Assembly: GCA_038922795.1 (NCBI GenBank)
Contig: JBCKWI010000001.1
Coordinates: forward strand, 24,033 to 88,032
From: Gammaproteobacteria bacterium
GTDB lineage: Bacteria; Pseudomonadota; Gammaproteobacteria; Eutrophobiales; Eutrophobiaceae
Reading direction: 5' to 3'
DNA: 64,000 bases
Shown here: positions 28,765 through 36,456 of the stretch, piece by piece
How positions within the stretch are numbered: the first letter of the stretch is position 1
Layout of the letters: every line of letters begins with the position of its first letter
Made by a program: the position numbers and the translations under genes
Notes under the pieces: generated by a model
Told to the model about the DNA's origin: nothing
Database searches by the model: none
Seen by the model: only the letters and a program-made list of their open reading frames with translations

Positions 28765-29034
28765 ATGCAAACGAAGTTCTCCGAAGATGTAATTCCACTT
28801 TCAGATCTCAAAGTTAATCCTGGAAAAATAGTTAACCGTGCAAAAGATTCCCACCGTCCTATTTTGCTTACTAGCCGAGGTAGGGGCGTCGCTGTCATGC
28901 AGGGATTAGATGAATATGAAAAAAATGAAGAAGAGAGAAAGTTCATAAAGGCAATCGCCCAAGGTCTTATGGAAATTAAAGAAGGGAAAGAAATGGAACT
29001 GAAAGAGGTGAAAAAGAAACTGGGTATCATCTAA
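28765..29034 (+). CDS. Phd/YefM family antitoxin
   Basis: The start is placed at ATG 28765. MQTKFSEDVIPLSDLKVNPGKIVNRAKDSHRPILLTSRGRGVAVMQGLDEYE is a typical Phd/YefM N-domain. Confidence 0.8.
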   Translation: MQTKFSEDVIPLSDLKVNPGKIVNRAKDSHRPILLTSRGRGVAVMQGLDEYEKNEEERKFIKAIAQGLMEIKEGKEMELKEVKKKLGII

Positions 29035-29334
29035 GTGAAAATATCCATTTCCAACTCGGCTCTGAATGATCTTGAGAGTATTCAGGAATATTATAAGGAC
29101 GAGGGCGTCCCCCACGCAGGTAAGCAGTTCTTAGTGTCAATTATTGATCACATTGAGACATTGCGTAATAACCCTGATATCGGAAGAATCGTTCCTGAAT
29201 TTAGTGAGGTCAAAATCCGTGAGCTTATACATTCGCCATTCCGCGTTGTTTACTTGAGGGAACAAAGATCAATTCATGTTGTTAGAGTGTGGCGAAGTGA
29301 AAGGTTACTAGTATTACCTGAGAATGAAACATAA
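29035..29334 (+). CDS. RelE/ParE family toxin
   Basis: 99 aa. The GTG start directly abuts the antitoxin stop. It has IQEYYKDEGVPHAGKQFLVSIIDHIETLRNNPDIGR and FRVVYLREQRSIHVVRVWRSER. Its stop TAA lies inside ACATAAC. Confidence 0.8.
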   Translation: MKISISNSALNDLESIQEYYKDEGVPHAGKQFLVSIIDHIETLRNNPDIGRIVPEFSEVKIRELIHSPFRVVYLREQRSIHVVRVWRSERLLVLPENET

Positions 29335-29403
29335 CAAGGCAAATCAACTCGGACAAATTTTCCGCTGGTGCTCAAAATCCGCCAGTTATTTGCGACGTTA
29401 GGC
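29329..29403 (+). other. attC-like recombination site (ACATAAC ... GTTAGGC), 75 nt
   Basis: ATAAC-aag-GCAAAT-c-AACT ... AGTT-ATTTGC-gac-GTTAG. The arms pair with one unpaired base, and the inner CTGG pairs with CCAG. The canonical GTTAGGC core is at the 3-prime end. Confidence 0.5.
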
Positions 29404-29607
29404 CTAAGCATATAACTGACTCTGCAATTCTCCGAATCGTTTGTACCACGTAAAAATCGGGGTCAGGTCTTGAAATTTGAATATGAGATGCACGAAAAAG
29501 TAACGGTAGAAGAAAATGCATTGACCATGCATATTTAAGATTCAACACTGGCCCTTTACATTCGAAATATCAACATCTGCATTGAAAACAACAGATTCAA
29601 TATATTA

Positions 29608-30312
29608 ATGAGACTTAACAAATTCATTTCTGAAACCGGGATCTGTTCGCGCCGCGAGGCCGATGCCTGGGTTGAACAAGGCCGGGTAAAAATCAATGGC
29701 AAAATTGCTGAACTGGGTACTCAGGTCAGCGAAGAGGATGAGGTGCGAGTTAACGGCCGGATTATTGGCAGCCGCAAAAAGAAACACGTTTATATTGCGC
29801 TGAACAAACCGGCGGGCATCACCTGTACCACCGAGCGGCATATCCCCGGCAATATCATTGATTTCATCAAACATCCCGAACGCATCTTCCCGGTCGGGCG
29901 GCTGGACAAGGAATCCGAAGGCCTGATCCTGCTGACCAGCAACGGGGATATCGTCAACGAGATCCTGCGATCCGAAAACAATCACGAGAAAGAATATATC
30001 GTCACGGTGGACCGGCCGATAACAGACGAATTTCTCACCGGCATGGGCCGTAGTGTGCGGCTACCTGAATTAGATGTCACCACCAAACGCTGCAAGGTCA
30101 GCCGTATAAATCCAAAGACCTTCCAGATTATCCTGACCCAGGGGTTGAACCGGCAGATCCGCCGCATGTGTGCAGTTTTTGGCTACAAGGTGATTCGCCT
30201 GCAACGTATACGCATTATTAATGTCAAACTGGATAGATTAAAATCCGGGTGTTGGCGTGACCTGAAACCTGATGAATTGAAAGGCTTGCTGCCACAGCGT
30301 ATGAAGTGGTAA
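29608..30312 (+). CDS. rluF: 23S rRNA pseudouridine synthase RluF
   Basis: 234 aa. It has an S4 domain ([31 protein letters not shown]) and the RsuA/RluF catalytic motif [14 protein letters not shown]. Confidence 0.85.
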   Translation: MRLNKFISETGICSRREADAWVEQGRVKINGKIAELGTQVSEEDEVRVNGRIIGSRKKKHVYIALNKPAGITCTTERHIPGNIIDFIKHPERIFPVGRLDKESEGLILLTSNGDIVNEILRSENNHEKEYIVTVDRPITDEFLTGMGRSVRLPELDVTTKRCKVSRINPKTFQIILTQGLNRQIRRMCAVFGYKVIRLQRIRIINVKLDRLKSGCWRDLKPDELKGLLPQRMKW

Positions 30313-30342
30313 TAATCTTGAGACTAAACGAAAATAATACTG

Positions 30343-30840
30343 GTGATTCAAATGCATAAAATATTAACCCGGCTTATAACACTGACCATAATGTTATTTA
30401 CGGGACAACTACTTGCGGATAATACCGGGTGGGACGTGGCAAAAGAGAGTTACGCCGGCGCAATGGAGATCACGGTTTATAGTGATCCGGATTGCGGGTG
30501 TTGCAGTAAATGGATCGCACATCTGGAACAACATGAATTCAACGTGACTGATATTAAAACCAGTGATCTTGACAGGATAAAAAACAAATACAACGTACCG
30601 CATGGACTGGCATCCTGTCATACCGCGATTATTGATGGCTATGTGATTGAAGGCCATGTACCTGCGGATGATATCAAACGGCTCCTGAACACACGGCCTG
30701 ATATCAGGGGTTTATCCGTGCCGCAGATGCCGGTGGGCACGCCCGGCATGGAAATGGGTGACAGAAAAGACCCGTTCAGAGTCATCAGTTTTAAGGATGA
30801 TGGGGAATTTGGTATTTTTCAGGAATACACAGACTACTGA
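30343..30840 (+). CDS. DUF411 (CopG-like) periplasmic metal-binding protein
   Basis: 165 aa with a signal peptide. It has the CGCC motif (DPDCGCCSKW), SCHTAIIDGYVIEGHVP and PVGTPGMEMG. The start could instead be ATG 30352. Confidence 0.75.
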   Translation: MIQMHKILTRLITLTIMLFTGQLLADNTGWDVAKESYAGAMEITVYSDPDCGCCSKWIAHLEQHEFNVTDIKTSDLDRIKNKYNVPHGLASCHTAIIDGYVIEGHVPADDIKRLLNTRPDIRGLSVPQMPVGTPGMEMGDRKDPFRVISFKDDGEFGIFQEYTDY

Positions 30841-30897
30841 ATCCTGCTGCACGTATACATACTCCTGCGTTCATGCAGCCGTCCGTGGTTTCAATAA

Positions 30898-31491
30898 TCA
30901 GGCAATCAGTTTTTCAAATTCCGCGAAACTCTGTACATGCCCATCCACTGGAATATCCATACCAAGCTGCCGTCCGATCTGGGTAATTGAAAAGATACCC
31001 CTGACGAAATAACCCTCCCCTTTTTCCTGAGCCTCGAGCACGATGGCATGCTGACAGCCTGCATTTCGCAGTTGCACGATCACATCGCGCACGCTGGCAT
31101 GTTCGATATTACTGAAATTGAAGGGATTCAACTGCTCGCGCGGGGTCATGATCTGGCGGACCAGAATTTCCCCCCGTTTTACCCGGTCCTGTGTCATGAT
31201 CCTGAGCGGTTTCTCACCCGTGATATCGCGTGCAGTGATCAATCCTGCCAGCATTCCGGATTGATCTATCACTACCAGCATCCTGATGCCGGCATGCTTC
31301 ATGATCTCCATGGCAAATTCGATGGAACTGTCCGGGTTGACAGTGATTGCCTTCACCTGTTGAAGATCGGTCATTGCCCTGATGGCCGGATCATCCAGTT
31401 TAAGCAGCAGCGGTTTGCCCGATGACAGAAGATAAACCGGCGTATTCGCATCCAGGTTGAATGCTTCAAGCTTGTGGGCGTAGGTGGTCAT
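30898..31491 (-). CDS. CBS domain pair protein
   Basis: 197 aa with two CBS-like repeats (AMEIMKHAGIRMLVVIDQSGMLAGLITARDI and VIVQLRNAGCQHAIVLE...GIFSITQI). Confidence 0.75.
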   Translation of the reverse strand: MTTYAHKLEAFNLDANTPVYLLSSGKPLLLKLDDPAIRAMTDLQQVKAITVNPDSSIEFAMEIMKHAGIRMLVVIDQSGMLAGLITARDITGEKPLRIMTQDRVKRGEILVRQIMTPREQLNPFNFSNIEHASVRDVIVQLRNAGCQHAIVLEAQEKGEGYFVRGIFSITQIGRQLGMDIPVDGHVQSFAEFEKLIA

Positions 31492-31587
31492 GACCTGCCT
31501 CCTTCATTGACGGGTTCGCCGGTAAAATCTGTTCTTATTCAAATTATAGCATCTGGTTTTAACCCTGATGTGAAACAGGCCAGCGAT

Positions 31588-32742
31588 TTATTCCCGGAGC
31601 CAGATCCACGCAATGAGCCATGCCGCACCTGCGGTAACTGCCGCGCCGATAAAACATAGTAAGGCGCCGGTCCCATTCCAGATATAACCACTGACCAGAC
31701 TGCCAACCGCCATACCGGCGCCAAAACTGACACTGCTGTAAAGTGCCTGACCCCGGCCCTGTAAACGGCCACGGAAAAATTTATGGATATATAAAATAGC
31801 TACGGTGTGATAAACACCAAATGTCGCCGCATGTAACAACTGCGCGAAAATCAGGATCACTACGCTTTCTACAAAATACCCGATCAGCAACCAGCGCATC
31901 ATTGCAATGAACAGGCTTGCAAGCAACAATAACCGCAAACTGCTGGCGCGGATCAATCGCTGCATGAACATGAACACTATTACTTCCGCAATAACACCCA
32001 GCGCCCACATCTGCCCGATAAAACTGCTGGAATAGCCGTTATCTTCGAGATAGATGGAATAAAACGTGTAATACGTACCGTGACTGGCCAGCATGAGAAA
32101 ACATACCGCGAACAATGCAATGACGTGTGGCCTGAATAATATGGATTTCAAACTTTCATGGGCAGACTCATGCTGTTGGACTTTCTGTTCCGGTATGCCA
32201 AGACTCATTAACCAGACAACGATCATCGAGACCAAAACAAAGACCGGGACATTTTTGATATCGATAGTTTCAAAGACGATACCCAGCAGCCACACCGTGA
32301 CAATAAAACCGACCGAACCCCAGACCCGGATATTGGTGTAATCATGGGTTGACTCACCGAGATGGGCCAGCGTTGCCGCCTCGATCTGCGGCAGTGATGC
32401 ACTCCAGAACAATGAAAACAGGAACAGTATGATCGCGAGAGCCCAGAAATCCTGTACGAACAATGCAGCACTGAAAGTTATAGCGGAGAATAACGAGGCG
32501 ATCTGAATGACCCGCATGCGCCGGCCGGTGTGATCCACCGCCCATCCCCAGAAATAAGTAATAAATACTTTGGTAAAGACAACAATGGCAGACAGAATCC
32601 CGATCTGTTCGGCATTCATGCCGATGGCTTTCAGATACAACGACCAGTACGGCAAAAAGATGCCGACGGTAACAAAGAACAGAAAATAAAATCCGGACAG
32701 GCGCCAGTAAGGAACGGTATTAACGTGGGTATGGAAAGTCAT
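31588..32742 (-). CDS. MFS transporter (HcaT/PPP-like, MFS_1_like)
   Basis: 384 aa with about 12 TM helices. The N-terminus is YWRLSGFYFLFFVTVGIFLPYWSLYLKAIGM. Confidence 0.8.
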   Translation of the reverse strand: MTFHTHVNTVPYWRLSGFYFLFFVTVGIFLPYWSLYLKAIGMNAEQIGILSAIVVFTKVFITYFWGWAVDHTGRRMRVIQIASLFSAITFSAALFVQDFWALAIILFLFSLFWSASLPQIEAATLAHLGESTHDYTNIRVWGSVGFIVTVWLLGIVFETIDIKNVPVFVLVSMIVVWLMSLGIPEQKVQQHESAHESLKSILFRPHVIALFAVCFLMLASHGTYYTFYSIYLEDNGYSSSFIGQMWALGVIAEVIVFMFMQRLIRASSLRLLLLASLFIAMMRWLLIGYFVESVVILIFAQLLHAATFGVYHTVAILYIHKFFRGRLQGRGQALYSSVSFGAGMAVGSLVSGYIWNGTGALLCFIGAAVTAGAAWLIAWIWLRE

Positions 32743-32786
32743 TCGTGATTATTGAACAATATCATCAGTCTTGAGGGAAATACTTA

Positions 32787-32915
32787 CGGGTATATGGGAT
32801 ATGGTAGTTTGTATATGGGGCATCCAACCCATATGCTACCTACCACCTACCACCTACCATCTACCATCTACCATCTACCACCTACCACCTACCAAATACT
32901 AATAGTTACCTACTC
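32787..32915. repeat. Palindromic GGTAG/CTACC element, copy 5 (right arm is a (TACCAYC)8 heptamer array at 32841..32896)
   Basis: gggtatatgggatatggtagtttgtatatgggg - catccaa - cccatatgctacctaccacctaccacctaccatctaccatctaccatctaccacctaccacctaccaaatac. Confidence 0.8.
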
Positions 32916-34013
32916 TATTTTCTTACCAGGAACCACTGGTGTCTCTGATTGTACATCTCCACATTGCGCCCGGTGCCGCAACGCATGATCCACCAATACC
33001 AGCGCCAGCATGGCCTCGGCGATCGGAGTGGCGCGGATACCGACGCAAGGATCATGGCGGCCGGTAGTGATCACTTCATCTTCTTCACCCTTGATGTTTA
33101 TCGTCTTGCCGGGCAGGCGGATACTGGAGGTTGGCTTCAGTGCCATGCTGACCAGAATGTCCTGACCGGAGGAAATGCCACCGAGTATTCCACCAGCGTT
33201 GTTGCTCAGAAATCCCTGTGCGGTCATTTCATCCCTGTGCACTGTTCCTTTCTGAATGATCGACTCGAAGCCGGCGCCGATCTCGACACCCTTCACTGCA
33301 TTGATACTCATCATGGCCTTGGCGATGTCCGCATCCAGCCGATCGAATACCGGCTCACCCAGACCGGGCGGAACATTTTCAGCAACGACATTAATGCGCG
33401 CACCGATGGAGTCGCCTTCCTTGCGCAAGGCATCCATGTAATCTTCGAGTTCCTGTACGCGTGTGGCGTCCGGACAGAAGAACGGATTGTTGTCCACTTC
33501 ATTCCAGTCTTTCAACTCAATATTAATGGACCCGAGTTGTGCCAGATAGCCGCGGATGACGATGCCGTATTTTTCATGCAGGTATTTTTTGGCAATTCCG
33601 CCTGCGGCAACACGCATGCAGGTCTCGCGCGCAGAGGCACGGCCACCGCCACGATAATCGCGCAAACCATATTTCTGCTGATAGGTATAATCCGCATGCC
33701 CGGGACGGAACAGATCCTTGATCTTGAAATAATCCTTGGACTTCTGGTCTTCATTTTCGATCAAGAGCCCGATCGGCGTGCCGGTAGTGACACCTTCGAA
33801 CACGCCGGAAAGTATTTTCACCGTGTCCGATTCCTTGCGCTGCGTGACATGCCGTGATTTGCCCGGCCGCCGGCGATCCAGGTCCTTCTGCAAATCAGCT
33901 TCACTCAAGGCCAGACCCGGAGGACATCCGTCTATAATACAGGCATAGGCCGGCCCGTGGCTCTCGCCACAGGTGGTTACCGTGAATAATTTTCCGAAGG
34001 TATTACCAGACAT
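32910..34013 (-). CDS. aroC: Chorismate synthase
   Basis: 367 aa. It begins [22 protein letters not shown] and also has GRHDPCVG; the sequence is family-like throughout. Confidence 0.95.
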   Translation of the reverse strand: MSGNTFGKLFTVTTCGESHGPAYACIIDGCPPGLALSEADLQKDLDRRRPGKSRHVTQRKESDTVKILSGVFEGVTTGTPIGLLIENEDQKSKDYFKIKDLFRPGHADYTYQQKYGLRDYRGGGRASARETCMRVAAGGIAKKYLHEKYGIVIRGYLAQLGSINIELKDWNEVDNNPFFCPDATRVQELEDYMDALRKEGDSIGARINVVAENVPPGLGEPVFDRLDADIAKAMMSINAVKGVEIGAGFESIIQKGTVHRDEMTAQGFLSNNAGGILGGISSGQDILVSMALKPTSSIRLPGKTINIKGEEDEVITTGRHDPCVGIRATPIAEAMLALVLVDHALRHRAQCGDVQSETPVVPGKKIE

Positions 34014-34122
34014 GGGCGGCTATTGTAGCGGGTAATACGGCGAACGTCCCCTATGAGATATGCACTATTACGTTCCGGTTTAGTCTAAAATTTAATATCA
34101 ACAATCCGGTTAAAATGACAGC

Positions 34123-34668
34123 ATGCCCCTGCAAATACAAAAAGCCCCGTTGCACCACATCCTGATCACCCTGTTATTGTGTGTTTCATTCCCGGTTCAT
34201 GCCAACGCACCTGTCACGGAACTGGTACGCATTGATGGCGTTACCCAACCGATGTCGGATTATATCGGCAAGGGCAAATGGGTTTTAATTAATGTATGGG
34301 GCCCGACCTGTTCGGCCTGCGTCAAGGAGCTGCCCAAGATCGAGGCCTTCCATAAAAAACATGCGGACGATGTGCAGTTGCTGGGACTGACCATCGACTT
34401 TCCGGGTTTCGGCTACGGCAAAATAGACATCATCAATGAGTTCTTGCAAAAGACGCCGATCCAATATCCCCTGTTTCTGGCTGACATCGAACTTGCCTCC
34501 GAGGTCATCGGTAACTGGCTGGTCGCCATCCCGCTCATGGCCATTTACCATCCGGACGGACGGGTGCTGGCTCGCTGGCCGGGTTATGTGGATATCGATG
34601 AGATCGAGGAGTTTATGCAGAACTATGAAGACTATGTACCGGATGATGAATTGACTAAAGGCTTTTAA
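34123..34668 (+). CDS. TlpA/ResA-like periplasmic thioredoxin-fold protein
   Basis: 181 aa with a signal peptide. The active site is WGPTCSAC (CxxC). Confidence 0.8.
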   Translation: MPLQIQKAPLHHILITLLLCVSFPVHANAPVTELVRIDGVTQPMSDYIGKGKWVLINVWGPTCSACVKELPKIEAFHKKHADDVQLLGLTIDFPGFGYGKIDIINEFLQKTPIQYPLFLADIELASEVIGNWLVAIPLMAIYHPDGRVLARWPGYVDIDEIEEFMQNYEDYVPDDELTKGF

Positions 34669-34896
34669 TAATACCTCCTCCCCCTGCCATGGGGGGGACT
34701 ACATGGAAACGTGCATGGAAGCACTAATACTGCGAGTGCAGGACGCACAGGAGCAGTGCGCAGGTGGTAGAGACAACGCCGGGAACGAGTTGTCGAGCAG
34801 TTGCCGAGGATTAAGGAGGGGGTTGAATTTCAATTCTTTCCAGACTTCATACCCCCATCCTTACCTTCCCCCTGAGAGGGGGAAGGTATGAATAAT

Positions 34897-34970
34897 TTAG
34901 ATTTCTCCAGTTCATACACATTAATAAAACCATCGTGGTTCGGCATCTGCACTTTCCGGTAGGGCCTCGT
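34897..34970 (-). pseudogene. Fragment A: about 70-nt copy of the 3-prime end of the cytochrome c gene at 46639
   Basis: ttagatttctccagttcatacacattaataaaaccatcgtggttcggcatctgcactttccggtagggcc aligns with 46639..46715 and with copies at 41657 and 43053. Confidence 0.7.
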
Positions 34971-35007
34971 ATAAATCTCGTGGTTGACGAATTTTCAAAA
35001 TGCACTC

Positions 35008-35048
35008 ATAGTTGCATCTAGTAATACTATATGCAACTATAGTTGCAT
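35008..35048 (+). promoter_or_regulatory. Palindromic leader of the AAA ATPase gene
   Basis: ATAGTTGCAT - 13 nt - ATGCAACTAT is an exact 10-bp inverted repeat. A third AGTTGCAT follows immediately and overlaps the ATG at 35047. Confidence 0.4.
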
Positions 35049-36243
35049 GAAGAATAGGCAATTCTGGCAGGAAAGAATTGAAACCGCCTGGAAACGGCGC
35101 TCCATTGTCTGGCTTTCAGGTGTACGCCGCGTGGGCAAGACCACACTCTGCCAATCCCTGCCCAACATTGAATACTTTGACTGCGAATTGCCGCGCACGC
35201 GCCGGTTAATGGATGACCCGGAGGGTTTCCTGGCTGGTTTGCGGCACAAGCGGGTGGTACTCGATGAGATCCACCGGCTGGGGCATCCTTCTGAACTGCT
35301 GAAGATCGCCGCCGATCATTTTCCCGATATAAATGTAATCGCTACCGGTTCTTCTACCTTGAGCGCATCAGCGAAATTCCGGGACACACTGGCTGGCCGT
35401 AAGCTGGATTTATGGCTGACACCCATGGCATCGCCTGACTTCAAAGCATTTGCCAGTACCAGTCTCGAACACCGGTTCCTGCATGGCGGTTTACCCCCAT
35501 TCTTCCTCGCAGACCCGCTGCCGGAACGCGAATTTCAGGAATGGATGGACGCCTACTGGGCCAAAGATATCCAGGAGATGTTCCGGCTGGAGCGCCGGCA
35601 TTCGTTTCAAAGGTTCACGGAATTGCTATTAAGCCACAGCAGTGGCATGTTCGAGGCGACACGCTACGCCCGCCCCTGCGAGGTAAGCCGTACTACCATC
35701 GCCAATTATCTGGCTGTGCTTGAAGCGACTTTTGTTGCGCATATCGTGCGGCCCTACAGCAACCGCCGGTCTTCGGAGATCGTTTCAGCACCGAAGATAT
35801 ACGGTTTTGATACCGGGTTTGTCTGCTATTACCGCGGTTGGCACAGTCTGCGTCGCGATGATATGGGACCGTTGTGGGAGCACTATGTCCTGAATGAACT
35901 GAATGCCCAACTGCAAACCCGGGATATCCGTTACTGGCGCGATAAACAAGGCCATGAAATCGATTTCATTCTGGCGCAGAGGGGCCATGCTCCGCTTGCC
36001 ATCGAATGCAAATGGTCAGCGGATGAATTTGACGCCTCCGAGCTCAAGATCTTCCGCAACCGTTACCCCAAGGGGGATAATTATGTCGTGGCGGAAGATG
36101 TGGCCCGTTCGTATGAGCGCGATTATCACGGCATCAAGGTGAAATTCGTCAATCTGAATAATCTGGTCAAGGCCCTGTCCGGGCAGGGCGATATGAAAGA
36201 TCGCCAGCCGGCGGCGAAGAAAAAAAAGCAAAGAAGAAAATAA
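35047..36243 (+). CDS. AAA+ ATPase with C-terminal DUF4143 / PD-(D/E)xK-like domain (COG1373-type)
   Basis: The start is placed at ATG 35047. Walker A is GVRRVGKTT and Walker B is VVLDEIH. The C-terminal GHEIDFILAQRGHAPLAIECKWS looks like a restriction-endonuclease-fold motif. Confidence 0.75.
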   Translation: MKNRQFWQERIETAWKRRSIVWLSGVRRVGKTTLCQSLPNIEYFDCELPRTRRLMDDPEGFLAGLRHKRVVLDEIHRLGHPSELLKIAADHFPDINVIATGSSTLSASAKFRDTLAGRKLDLWLTPMASPDFKAFASTSLEHRFLHGGLPPFFLADPLPEREFQEWMDAYWAKDIQEMFRLERRHSFQRFTELLLSHSSGMFEATRYARPCEVSRTTIANYLAVLEATFVAHIVRPYSNRRSSEIVSAPKIYGFDTGFVCYYRGWHSLRRDDMGPLWEHYVLNELNAQLQTRDIRYWRDKQGHEIDFILAQRGHAPLAIECKWSADEFDASELKIFRNRYPKGDNYVVAEDVARSYERDYHGIKVKFVNLNNLVKALSGQGDMKDRQPAAKKKKQRRK

Positions 36244-36413
36244 TGAAACTCACCGATAACGAAAAGCGGGACATTATCAAGTGTCTGGAAACGGACACTG
36301 ACCGGGCACAAATTTTTACAGAGATTGGGTCAGGCAGCAGGAAACCGGTATCGACTGGTTTTTTAGGCTATTCCAGAATCAGTTATTATTTCGACCGTGA
36401 GGGAGAAATCTGA
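36243..36413 (+). pseudogene. 56-codon ORF, possible displaced N-terminal remnant of the mod gene (tentative)
   Basis: It begins at a TAATG overlap with the ATPase stop. MKLTDNEKRDIIKCLE resembles the N-terminus of many Mod-type methyltransferases that precedes the ..L.W.GK motif with which the current mod ORF begins. Its 3-prime end is a half copy of the GTCATTTCGA REP family (36388..36411). Confidence 0.3.
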
Positions 36414-36456
36414 CATTTAATATGAAAACAGTATTAACGGATAAAGGAAAACATAA

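Larger units (their letters stand above)
27249..29403 (+). mobile_element. Integron-like gene cassette array without integrase (CALIN-like): 3-4 cassettes
   Basis: Core-type GTTRRRY heptamers at cassette 5-prime borders are matched by exact inverse-core RYYYAAC heptamers at the start of the following hairpin. GTTAGGT (27249) pairs with ACCTAAC (27759). GTTGGGC (27927) pairs with GCCCAAC (28546). The array ends in GTTAGGC (29397). Stop codons are embedded in the inverse cores. GC content shifts sharply between units, and the contents are TA-rich. Confidence 0.5.

Noticed and set aside
32841-32896. Could the short tandem repeats be a CRISPR array?
   Set aside because: The units are 7 nt and contiguous, with no unique spacers. 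There are no cas genes in the window.
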